From NCBI GenBank assembly GCA_905178155.1, contig CAJINV010000009.1, positions 558,001 to 622,000 on the forward strand: a stretch of DNA of 64,000 nucleotides, in the 5' to 3' direction. The notes below the pieces were generated by a model. It saw only the letters and a program-made list of their open reading frames with translations. It made no database searches and had not been told where the DNA came from. The stretch is from Amoebophrya sp. A120 (Eukaryota > Protista > Dinoflagellata). Every line of letters begins with the position of its first letter. Positions within the stretch are counted from its first letter, which is position 1. Positions 14,164 through 23,543 of the stretch are shown here, one piece after another. A program made the position numbers and the translations under genes.

Positions 14164-15059
14164 GAATATGCATGGTATGGTCGTTTTTCAAACTTTTCCA
14201 AAAACTGAATCAGGAGGGTGTGATGCTTTCGCATGAGCTCTTCGTTTTTCAAATCCGCATGCTATGGTGAGACTTTTTTGGTCGCGCGCCTATTCCGCAT
14301 GGTGCGCTGCGTTTTTGTTTTTTCGAAGGCCATTCCACTGGGATGGTGTGCAGGTTTTTGCAGTGCAACCGGAAAATTTTGTAGCAAACCACTCAGGATG
14401 CTATGGTGACGTTTTGTTTTTTGTTACCCATTTTGGACGCAAGCAAAGAAAATTAGGAGCCGCTCGGGGAAGATAGACGATATCAATGAAAAAAGTAAAA
14501 AGTTTCGAAATCAATAAATTAGTATCTTCAATAAAAACAAAAAGTTGTCGGAAGCTGATTAGAAAGCTGAGCAACTTTTTTGAATACGTCAGTGCTGTGC
14601 TTGATGCAAAAAAATAACTCAGTGATCAGTACAATCCGCAGGGCATGCTGCATATTGAAGAACACGACGTGCGGTATTAAAAAGACAAGAATAAGAAAAC
14701 TGTGCCTGCTCCACTTTCGACCATCTTACGACTTTCTTAATACCCGCTCTCATCGTTATGAATGTTTTGCTCATGCAAAGGCACAACAAAAACAAGATTT
14801 TCCGGACCAGCTTATATCATCGCGTCAAAGATATGCACTTCTTTGTTGCGATCATGAGTAGCTCCGGGTCCTAGAAAAAGATCGATTTTCGGTCACCATA
14901 GTTTCTTAGCTGCGTCTGGTTTTATGAATCCAGAGTGTAGCTGCTTAGCTATGGAACACAACACTACTGCAACGTTTTCTCACAACAGCATCCACCATCT
15001 CGTGTAGCTTTTGCTTCAGTCAGTGGCAAAATTAGGAATAAAATGCATTGAAGTATATT

Positions 15060-15103
15060 TTTTGCCCGAGTCAAGTATTTAGCAGTGCATATTCTGGCTA
15101 CCC
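15060..15103 (+). promoter_or_regulatory. U6-type upstream element preceding SRP RNA
   Basis: TTTTGCCCGAGTCAAGTATTTAGCAGTGCATATTCTGGCTACCC. Confidence 0.75.
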
Positions 15104-15129
15104 AGAAGCGAGCTTCCTCCCTAGTGTAA

Positions 15130-15282
15130 GAGTCGGTCCTCTCCAAGAGTACAGTCGGTAAGGGGTCCACTGCGTAGGCGGTGGCTTCCTGGCTGATAAT
15201 GACTTCCGCACCGCCTCAGGCTGGCAACAGAGCAGGGAGAAGGAGGCGCTGCGCTCAGTGGAAGGATAGCCGGCTCGCTTTT
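15130..15282 (+). ncRNA. 7SL: SRP (7SL) RNA, short form (S domain only apparent)
   Basis: Helix 8 motif CAGG-CTG-GCAA-CAG-AGCAG. Helix 6 GGGGTCCACTGC-GTAG-GCGGTGGCTTC with a GNAR loop. Helix 5 GAGTCGGT/GCCGGCTC. Followed by T-runs. The 5' end could extend to ~15105. Confidence 0.85.
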
Positions 15283-15351
15283 GGTTTTTTTTTTGCCGTG
15301 TAGCTACTTTGGCACATTGGTACACTTCAGCGGCTGCAGTTCGTAGCAGGC

Positions 15352-15422
15352 GCGCCAGCGGTTCAGTGGTGGAGAACAACGCTCCGAGTGACGCAGCCTC
15401 GGTTCGAATCCCGCCTAGTGCA
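15352..15422 (+). pseudogene. Degenerate tRNA-Gly-like pseudogene
   Basis: 71 nt with a D-arm (GTTC/GAAC), GGTTCGAATCC box B and GCGCCAG/CTAGTGC acceptor, but broken anticodon and T stems. Sits directly before the tRNA-Gly array. Confidence 0.6.
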
Positions 15423-15549
15423 GGTTTTCGAAAACTGGGGACGCAGCGAATTTTCTCGGTGTTAGCGTTAGGCTCTTTTAAATTTCTCTCTTTGCCTCTC
15501 TGTTCTCGGAATCTCTTGTCCAGGCTCAGCTGTCAGTGGGAGAGCAGCA

Positions 15550-15620
15550 GCATCAGTGGTTTAGTGGTAGAATACGTCGTTGCCATCGACGTGACCCGGG
15601 TTCGATTCCCGGCTGATGCA
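15550..15620 (+). tRNA. trnG: tRNA-Gly(GCC) copy 1
   Basis: GCATCAG...ACGTCG-TT-GCC-AT-CGACGT...GGTTCGATTCC...CTGATGCA cloverleaf. Confidence 0.97.
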
Positions 15621-15734
15621 AGTTTTCAAAAATACCCCGACGCCCCCGCACGGCTTTCCTCGTTGTTTCGTTTGAGTCTTTTCCTTGCCACTCTCTCCTC
15701 AAATTCCGACTCGGTCGCCATCTAGGTGGCGACA

Positions 15735-15805
15735 GCATCAGTGGTTTAGTGGTAGAATACGTCGTTGCCATCGACGTGACCCGGGTTCGATTCCCGGCTG
15801 ATGCA
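15735..15805 (+). tRNA. trnG: tRNA-Gly(GCC) copy 2
   Basis: Identical to copy 1; T5 follows. Confidence 0.97.
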
Positions 15806-15952
15806 TTTTTCCGAAATTGCGCGCCGCCGACGCCAACAATTTATCCGCTGCCTGTTTCGCTTGAGTCATACATTCAATCAGTTGCCCGCTTTGCTACTCG
15901 CTTTCTCCTCGAAATCTCTTGCCCAGGTTCAGCTGTCAGTCTGCAAGCAGCA

Positions 15953-16023
15953 GCATCAGTGGTTTAGTGGTAGAATACGTCGTTGCCATCGACGTGACCC
16001 GGGTTCGATTCCCGGCTGATGCA
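15953..16023 (+). tRNA. trnG: tRNA-Gly(GCC) copy 3
   Basis: Identical to copy 1; T5 follows. Confidence 0.97.
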
Positions 16024-16166
16024 TTTTTCCGAAACTGCGCGACGCCAACGCCAAGAATTTCTTTGCTCCCTGTTTTGCTTGGGTCATTCAGTCGCTCGCT
16101 CTCTTTGTTCCTCGCTCTCTCCCCGAAATCTCTTGCACGGGGTCAGGCGCCAGTTTTGAAACAGGA

Positions 16167-16237
16167 GCATCAGTGGTTTAGTGGTAGAATACGTCGTTGC
16201 CATCGACGTGACCCGGGTTCGATTCCCGGCTGATGCA
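16167..16237 (+). tRNA. trnG: tRNA-Gly(GCC) copy 4
   Basis: Identical to copy 1; T-run follows. Confidence 0.97.
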
Positions 16238-16381
16238 TTTTTTGCGAATTATGCCCGACGCTAAGGATTCCGATTTCCTCGGTGCTTGGTGTGAGTTTCA
16301 GTGCCTCTTGTTGCGATTACCTCCCTCTCCCTTTGCTTTAAATTTTCTTGCTAGGGGTCGAGCGCCATCCTTTGAGCAGCG

Positions 16382-16452
16382 GCATCAGCGGTTTAGTGGT
16401 AGAATACGTCGTTGCCATCGACGTGAGCCGGGTTCGATTCCCGGCTGATGCA
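16382..16452 (+). tRNA. trnG: tRNA-Gly(GCC) copy 5 (U8C and one variable-loop change)
   Basis: Two substitutions relative to the other copies; stems intact. Confidence 0.88.
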
Positions 16453-16595
16453 TTTTTTTGCCAATTATGCCCGACGCTAAGGATTTCGAGTTCCTCGGTG
16501 TTTGGTGTGAGTTTCAGTATCGCTGTTTGCCATTGCTGCTCTCCCCTTACTTGAAATTTTCTTGCTAGGGGCCGGACGCCACCAGTTGGGTAGCG

Positions 16596-16666
16596 GCATC
16601 AGTGGTTTAGTGGTAGAATACGTCGTTGCCATCGACGTGACCCGGGTTCGATTCCCGGCTGATGCA
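16596..16666 (+). tRNA. trnG: tRNA-Gly(GCC) copy 6
   Basis: Identical to copy 1. Confidence 0.97.
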
Positions 16667-16809
16667 TTTTTTTGCGAATTATGCCCGACACTGAGGATTT
16701 CGATTTCCTCGCTGTTTGGTGTGGGTTTCAGTGTCGCTTTTTGCCATTGCCGCTCTCTTCTTACTTGAAAATTTCTTGCTAGGGGCCGAGCGCCAACCTG
16801 TGGGCAGCG

Positions 16810-16880
16810 GCATCAGTGGTTTAGTGGTAGAATACGTCGTTGCCATCGACGTGGCCCGGGTTCGATTCCCGGCTGATGCA
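16810..16880 (+). tRNA. trnG: tRNA-Gly(GCC) copy 7
   Basis: One variable-loop substitution. Confidence 0.95.
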
Positions 16881-17015
16881 AGTTTTCGAAAATGCCCCGA
16901 CGCCCCCCAGGGCTTTCCTCGTTGTTTCGTACGTTTGAGTCTTTTCTTTGCCGCCCTCTCCTCGAATTGCTTCGCTTTGGGTCCAAACTCGGTCGCCATC
17001 TAGTATGTCGCAACA

Positions 17016-17086
17016 GCATCAGTGGTTTAGTGGTAGAATACGTCGTTGCCATCGACGTGACCCGGGTTCGATTCCCGGCTGATGCA
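17016..17086 (+). tRNA. trnG: tRNA-Gly(GCC) copy 8
   Basis: Identical to copy 1. Confidence 0.97.
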
Positions 17087-17114
17087 TTTTACAAAAAAAA
17101 TTGCCGCGTGGGTT

Positions 17115-17160
17115 TTTTTCTCCCGAATTCGGTATTTAGCAGTACGTAATCTGGCTACCC
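17115..17160 (+). promoter_or_regulatory. U6-type upstream element preceding orphan RNA
   Basis: TTTTTCTCCCGAATTCGGTATTTAGCAGTACGTAATCTGGCTACCC. Confidence 0.7.
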
Positions 17161-17185
17161 ACTAATACCGACCCCTCCTCAATAC

Positions 17186-17330
17186 GTAGGCTGGAAGCCT
17201 CTCCGACTTCGGTCGCGCGAGGCTTGCTCGCCGTGACGTTGTCATCGCTCAAGCGGGGCACTCACAAATTAGCGCGAGCCGCTCCTCCTCGCCAGCCGGG
17301 GGTCCGCAATGACTTTAGAACTACACTTTT
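17186..17330 (+). ncRNA. Unidentified ~145-nt structured RNA (putative Pol III transcript)
   Basis: Starts 26 nt after the U6-type element and ends in TTTT. Hairpin AAGCCTC..CGAC-TTCG-GTCG..GAGGCTT; stems GCTCGC/GCGAGC and GGCTGG/CCAGCC. Confidence 0.55.
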
Positions 17331-17493
17331 ATCGCGCTGCAGGTGTAGGAGCTCCTACTGCTGATTGACCTATCCGCTTCTGCATACTGAAGATAACGAT
17401 CGTGTAAGGCATGCAGGGGAACTTAGTTGGCTCCTCTCCGCGTTCATCCCCCCGAACCTTTAAAGACCGGCAGCCAGACGATTTTTTGCAGCT

Positions 17494-17566
17494 GCCCGGT
17501 TAGCTCAGTCGGTAGAGCGCCAGGCTCTTAACCTGGTGGTCGTGGGTTCGAGCCCCACATCGGGCG
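17494..17566 (+). tRNA. trnK: tRNA-Lys(CTT)
   Basis: GCCCGGT...CCAGG-CT-CTT-AA-CCTGG...GGTTCGAGCCC...ATCGGGCG. Confidence 0.97.
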
Positions 17567-17678
17567 ACTTATTTTGCGCGCCTGAGATTGATGCACGGCT
17601 TTAGCTCGATGCTCGCAAGTGCAAATGGTCACCCTAGAAATAGAGCGATCTGCTCAACGCGGTGGACTAGGGCCATCA

Positions 17679-17751
17679 GCCCGGTTAGCTCAGTCGGTAG
17701 AGCGCCAGCCTTTTAAGCTGGTGGTCGTGGGTTCGAGCCCCACATCGGGCG
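17679..17751 (+). tRNA. trnK: tRNA-Lys(TTT)
   Basis: Same body as the CTT copies; anticodon arm CCAGC-CT-TTT-AA-GCTGG. Confidence 0.95.
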
Positions 17752-17899
17752 GCTTTTGCGCGCCTGAGATTTAGGGCACCAGCTCGATGGTGGCAAGTGC
17801 TAGCGCAAATGATCTCTTTAGAGTGTGGGCAGCTTATCGTCCTTGGATACGTGGGCACACAAGCAGCAATCAGTTCAAACCGGCGGGCAACGTTCCGCA

Positions 17900-17972
17900 G
17901 CCCGGTTAGCTCAGTCGGTAGAGCGCCAGGCTCTTAACCTGGTGGTCGTGGGTTCGAGCCCCACATCGGGCG
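17900..17972 (+). tRNA. trnK: tRNA-Lys(CTT)
   Basis: Identical to the 17494 copy. Confidence 0.97.
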
Positions 17973-18098
17973 ACTTTTGCGCGCCTGGGATTTACGCGCT
18001 CAGCTCGATGCTGGCAAGTGCAAAAAGTAACTCCGGAGTAGGTTGGGATTATCGTCCTAAAGCAGCAGTCTCGACCACGTAGCAGAGTGTTTTCGTTA

Positions 18099-18171
18099 GC
18101 CCGGTTAGCTCAGTCGGTAGAGCGCCAGGCTCTTAACCTGGTGGTCGTGGGTTCGAGCCCCACATCGGGCG
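18099..18171 (+). tRNA. trnK: tRNA-Lys(CTT)
   Basis: Identical to the 17494 copy. Confidence 0.97.
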
Positions 18172-18353
18172 TCTTTTGGCGACGGTGCCTGCGCTAGCGG
18201 CGACGCGGCCGCGAGGTGATCGCGTCGGTGCGTAATTGGTCCGATGGAAAAAAAAATACGGCGTCGTCCTCGTGGGGCCGCCCCAAAATAAAGACGAACG
18301 CACACACACTCCTATTGATTCGCATAATTTTACGAACACCTGTCACTCTACAG

Positions 18354-20858
18354 GTACAAAAATTGGAATCGCGCTTGCTACTTGCTGCAGAAGTGGAGCA
18401 CCGACTGGGTGGAGGTGACTGCAGATTTTTACGAAGCGCAGGAGTTTACACCCATCCTGGAATACTACGACAACAACTACGTGACGAACTCGCGGTTTGA
18501 CTACCGCGTGTATGCAAACAACAACGTCCGCGGGCCACCGATCCAGTACAGCGACACGAACGCCATGGTCACGGGACCTCTGTCATACCAGCCACTGTTC
18601 AACGTGATTTCGACCAGCTACGACGAGCTGCACGTGGAGTGGGAGTTGCCGAACAAGATCAATCCGAACTACTTGCCCCTGCTGAAGTACCACATCTACA
18701 TCGACAACGTCCTGGAGCACGTGATCGAGGACACGGGTGTGACCAGCTACACGCTCTGGAACTGCAAGAACGGAAAGGTCTACGACATCGTCGTGCATGC
18801 GGTGAACGCCGCCGGCGAGTCGCGGTACTACCGGGACAACATCATCGGGGACCGCTCGCTCCTGAAGCGCACGGACTACTGCGCGCGGTACCCAAGCCGC
18901 ATGGCTGAGCCGTACGTGGTGGACAGCGAGTGCCGCCCCGCTTCGTTCTTTCAGCTGAACCCGGAGACCACGTTTGAAAATTTCGTCCGGATCGGTTGGA
19001 CACCCCCCGCGGACACGGGCGGCCGTCCCTTGCTCGGGTACCGCCTGCAGCGCGAGCCGCAGGGGATCGACGAGGGGCCGACCGGCGGCCGGTGGGAGCA
19101 CGACCCGCTGGAGTTCTACCACTGGGGGCCGATGAGCCCCATTCCGATTTTCCAGTTGGAATTTCGGGACAAGAAGGACATCCAGCTGGGCGACGTTCTG
19201 AAATACCGCGTGTTTGCCATCAACGGGCAGGGGGGCGGGGAGCGCTTTTACGAGGGCATCATTTCCGACTGGGTTACCACACAGTGCTTGGAGATCCCGG
19301 TCAGCGGCCCGACCAGCGTCACGCGCGACGACCCGCCAATCTCCGACACGCAGATCGTTTTGAACTGGTACGACGACCCGAACGGTAAGGACCACAGTCG
19401 CACTTCGGGCTACAACATCCACATCTACGACGACGTGTCCGCTCGCTGGTCCTTCTTGCACAGCACGCACAATTTCCCGCAGGTGAACACGTACACGGTG
19501 ACGAACCTGAACCCGAACTACCGCTACGGGTTCCGGTTCTACCGCACCACGCGGACGAACAACGCGACCACGCCCACGGAATGGAGCTTCAACACGCGCT
19601 TCATCGCGTCCCGACCGGACTTTTCGTTTTTGTACTTGGAGGACAGCAACCTCTTTCTGCAGCTGGCGCCGCCGAAAAACAGCACCGCGGGGGTGGTGTT
19701 CAACTACCTCGTCGAGCACGACGGGGGCGAGCTGGAAGACTACTTGCGGGGCTTGGGTCCGAACGTCAACAACAACAGCTTCTACTTCTTGAAGAACACG
19801 ACCTACGTGATTCAGGAGCAAGACTACGCCCCGTTTTTGAAGTACACGCAGACGGCCGCGGGGGACCAGGTCGTGATCGCAGTGCCGCTGACGACGGAGC
19901 AGATTTCCAAGAAAGTTCTCCGGGTGCGGGTGCGGGTCAACAACTCCGAGGGCTTGAGCGAGCCCTCCATCGTGAAGCGCGTGGTTTTGACTGCGCAGAA
20001 GCGGTTCTTCGACGCGTTGGTCCTGCGGAAGAACCAGGAGCAGCTCTTTGCGGACCAAACGACCGTCGAGCAGTTTGACGAGAACCGGATGCTGAACGTG
20101 ATCGACACAGACAAGGCCAGCACGAAGAACCTCCTCTACTCCAGCGCGCAGGCGGAGGCGATCTTGCCGGATTTGGAATCCCGCGGACGCGAGTCACGGT
20201 CCGAGCGAGATGCCGCGGTTGGATCGCCGTACTCGGTGAACGAACCCAGCGCGCCGAAAAACTTGGCGGAGTTGACGATCGTACCGAAAAGCGACCGCGT
20301 CTTGCTTTCCTGGGGGGAGCTGCCGGACGAGGCGACGAAAATCACTTTTCTGGAAAAGAATTACCTCACGTACAACCGCTCGGGGCAGACCTTCCAGTTC
20401 CTCGCCCGCTGCGCCGGCGAGGGAGTGAAGGACCAAACCTTCGCGGACACGGATGTGATCGCGGGCCAGACGTACGAGTACCGCATCGTCGTGATTGACC
20501 GGTACTCCGATTTGGTTCTCCGGGACGATATCGAGCAGTTCCGAAGGTTGAAAGCCGCCCTGTACGGCACGGCGGATCCCAAGGAGCTGAAAGACTACCC
20601 TTTCTACCCGATGCCCGGGAGGAAGGAGGGAGAAATCATCACGGTGGTGGCCGGCGATGTGCCGCAAAAACCGGCGACGCCGACGCGGTGGGAACGGGTC
20701 AACGCCACCGCGATGGTCGTGGGCTGGGCCGCGGCGGCAAACGTCGACAGCCGGCTGCACGGCGGGGAGCCCTTTGTGGAGCACGTGCTGGAGATTCTGG
20801 TGGAGGAGTTGACCGATGACGAGATGAACTACGTGGAGGAGTTGTACAGCAACCCGGT
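18354..20858 (+). CDS. Exon 3 of giant protein (FN3 repeats)
   Basis: ORF 18382..20892; FN3 motifs such as WTPPADTGGRPLLGY and YRVFAING. Confidence 0.88.
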
Positions 20859-20859
20859 T

Positions 20860-21027
20860 TATGCATTGCAGCAAAACTATTGTACTAAGTAAAAGTCGCA
20901 TGACATCCAATTGGCTCCGCACTTCTAGAAACGTAACTTGTAATCCTGGTGTTGAAGTAGAATGTTGCCATGCATGATTGCATCAATTACTACGAGCACG
21001 GTACTAGAACTTGTTTTGCAATGCATA
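20860..21027. mobile_element. Introner/MITE-like intron, TIR family A
   Basis: TATGCATTGCA...TGCAATGCATA; TSD decayed (CGGTT/CCGCC). Removing 20859-21028 restores the frame. Confidence 0.8.
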
Positions 21028-21028
21028 C

Positions 21029-21382
21029 CGCCTACGGAAACCTCTTCAACGTGCAGGGCACGGTGATATCCGCGGACGAAGTGGATGCGAGCAAGTTGAA
21101 CGTGGTAACCGCGTTGAATGGAGACCCGGACAATTTGGTGAACTTTGGGTATACGACGGAGCAGCTCAACCAAATGGCTGTGGACAGCGAATACAACTTG
21201 AAGGTGGAAGGCCGGAACTTGTCCCTGATCAACCCCAAGGAGATCCGGCAAATGCCCAGATCGCTGCAGACGCAGTCGTCTGGGGCGAGTGGTAGGACGG
21301 AAAAGATGGGCAAGACGAGCTTCTACCTGAAGCTGAAAAACACGAATTTAGAGTTGTTGCACAGTTTGCGCGACCCGAGCCT
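21029..21382 (+). CDS. Exon 4 of giant protein
   Basis: Central part of ORF 20970..21440, between two introners. Confidence 0.8.
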
Positions 21383-21383
21383 G

Positions 21384-21520
21384 TATGAATTGCAAAAGTA
21401 TTGTACTCGTATAAATGCATTACAAATTTGCTCAGCATGAAAAATAAAATTTGTAATGCTAATTTACCTTAAGCAAGAGATTTGTAATGCGTGACTGCAA
21501 TTATACTTTTGCACAGGATA
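21384..21520. mobile_element. Introner/MITE-like intron, TIR family A
   Basis: TATGAATTGCAAAAGTAT...ATACTTTTGCACAGGATA; perfect TSD GCCTG; gives GT-AG intron 21383-21521. Confidence 0.9.
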
Positions 21521-21521
21521 G

Positions 21522-21563
21522 CCTGAACCAGATGTACGCGTACGAATCAACGAACGCAGCGCG
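21522..21563 (+). CDS. Exon 5 (42-nt micro-exon, LNQMYAYESTNAA)
   Basis: Open segment between two introners that links the exon 4 and exon 6 frames. Confidence 0.7.
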
Positions 21564-21564
21564 G

Positions 21565-21826
21565 TATCAACTGTAAAAATGTCTGGGTCCGGAAGGATGC
21601 AAGGTTTGTCATGCACACTTTGCATGACTCCTGAAGTTTGTGACGCAGGCTCTAGCATCACAGATTTTGTGAGGGCTTCCTGATGCCTATACTGCATGAG
21701 AAATGCCCTCTCGCCGTTGCAAAAAGTGGACCTCTTTTGCAGTTCACGCAATACAGATTTTTGTAGAATCCAAATTCAGCATCACAAGTTGCATCCTTCC
21801 AGACCCAGACACTTTTGCATTTGATA
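21565..21826. mobile_element. Introner/MITE-like intron, TIR family B
   Basis: 38-bp TIR TATCAACTGTAAAAATGTCTGGGTCCGGAAGGATGCAA with 4 mismatches; perfect TSD CGCGG. Confidence 0.92.
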
Positions 21827-21827
21827 C

Positions 21828-23383
21828 GCGGTGGATCACGGTCTACCGCGGGAGTGAGCGGTCCGCCCTGGTCTCGAATTTGCTCCCCGGTCGCGCGTAC
21901 CAGTTCCGCGTGAAGACGAGAAACCGGATCGGAATCAGCACGGAGTATTCGGAAATCTCCTTTCTGCGCACCTCCCAGGCCCTGCAGCCGCCGCAGAACG
22001 TGCGCGTCGTGTGGGCGCACTGCACGATCCCGGGGTTCGACAAGTACTGCAATCACTACGTGGATGGGGACACGCTGCCGCCGCGGATGTTTCTCCAGGA
22101 AGCGTACGCGACCCAGCCGGAGCACAACGAATGGCAAACGTGGACCATTCCCTTGATGTCGAAGTACGACGCCTGTGTCGGCTTGACGTGGGACCAGCAG
22201 ATCGAAGACCACGACAAAATGTGTCCGATCGACGTCTACGAGGTGAAGCGCGAAGATTCGCTCTGGTCGAACACCAGCTACCAGGAGGGCAATTACCAGT
22301 ACGTCCCGAGCACGGAGGGGCCAGCGGCGCCGTTACCGACGAAGACTAGCTTGGTGAGATACAATCAGGAAAACTTCTACATTGACAACTACCCCAGCTC
22401 GCAGGTCCTGGCCCACAGTGACTCTCTTTTGCAGTCATCGCAGTCCCAAGGATTGATGTCTTCCTTCCCGCAGACCTGTTTCCGCACCGAAACAGCTTCG
22501 GATTCCGAGTTCCCACGGGCGATCAACATGAGCTACTCTGTGCGCGTGAAGAACTGCCACGGCTGGAGCGAGCCCGCGACCATCCGGGTGCCCATCGGCA
22601 ACGTGCCGCAGCGAGTGTGCAAGCGGTGGAAGCGGCCGCTGTGCGAATCGGCGAAATGGTACAACTGTCAGTACGAGTGCGTCCTGGACGGTTTGTTCGG
22701 CCGCGCCACGAGCGACACCGGTGTGTGGTTCGAGTGGGTGCCGTACGAGTTCGCGGAGATCGAAAACTACGACAAATCGGAGGCGCTGCATCTGTTTTAC
22801 AAGGGGGCGACGTTCCAGGAGCAATTGATCGGGCACAAGGACCCCAACGCGCTGCTCGGCTACCAGCTGTACCTGGACGACGGACGGGGCGGCCCCTTTC
22901 ATCTCGAGTTCGACGGCACGCAGCGCGGCAACCGCATGACGAACAACACCCTGGTCGAGGGTCTGACGGCTGGCCGGATCTACCGGGCTTATGTCGTCGG
23001 GGTATCCTGGAACGGCGTCGGCATGCGCGGCGAGATCTTGTACTTTCCGATGATGCGCCCGCCGGGAAGGCCGCTGGAACTGTCGTACACGAGGCTTTCA
23101 ACAAGATCTATCACCTTGCAGTGGAAAGGGTCGTCCGTGCCATTCCAGGAGCTAGCGCCGCTGAAATACCAACTGATTCTCTTCTCCAAGCGCACCAGGC
23201 AGGGGACGTACGAAACGTGGTACGCGATCGACGTGCCGGGGACGTTCTTCGGTCCGGAGACCATGTTCAACTTGGAGAATGACAGAACCTACCAGCTCAA
23301 GATCGTCGGTGTCAACACGCTGGGCACGTTTTCCCAACCTTCCGCTCCGGTGTACTACCTCGCGAGTAACGTTCCGTCCTTCC
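21828..23383 (+). CDS. Exon 6 of giant protein (FN3 repeats)
   Basis: ORF 21703..23451; LLPGRAYQFRVKTRNRIG, GYQLYLDDGRGG. Confidence 0.88.
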
Positions 23384-23384
23384 C

Positions 23385-23542
23385 TACGCCCAGAAAAAAA
23401 CCCATCCCAATGCCAATCCATTGTGGCTGCATGCAACAAATCATGAAATAGTAAATTAGAGCTCTTTTTGTCATGCGAAGATGGATGCTGGCAAAGGCAA
23501 AGCCAAGCCATGCTAACGGCGCGGGGTTCTTTTCTGTGGATA
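23385..23542. mobile_element. Introner/MITE-like intron, TIR family C
   Basis: TACGCCCAGAAAAAAACCC...GGGTTCTTTTCTGTGGATA; TSD TTCCC/TGCCC. Confidence 0.82.
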
Positions 23543-23543
23543 T

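Larger units (their letters stand above)
13742..18353 (+). other. 4.6-kb GT-AG intron (phase 2) hosting a Pol III gene cluster
   Basis: AC|gtacat...ctacag|G joins LGVT-YKNWNRACYLLQKW in frame with ORF 18382. Confidence 0.75.

Noticed and set aside
14165-14425. Short degenerate (GC)ATGSTATGGTG motifs each followed by a T-run downstream of U6
   Set aside because: Too short and degenerate to distinguish from low-complexity terminator-region sequence.
17189-17320. HDV-like ribozyme (CCTCCTCGC) or dinoflagellate SL RNA (GCTCAAG) reading of the orphan RNA
   Set aside because: P2 and P3 of the HDV fold cannot be formed properly. The 22-nt SL sequence and the following GT are absent.
17340-17487. 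Palindrome GTAGGAGCTCCTAC and CTGCAT/ATGCAG stem ending at a T6 run
   Set aside because: No upstream element, no internal A/B boxes and no second copy to support an RNA gene.
15550-18171. Regularly spaced near-identical repeats with variable spacers resembling a CRISPR array
   Set aside because: The repeats are complete 71-73-nt tRNA genes, the spacers are homologous to each other, and there are no cas genes.
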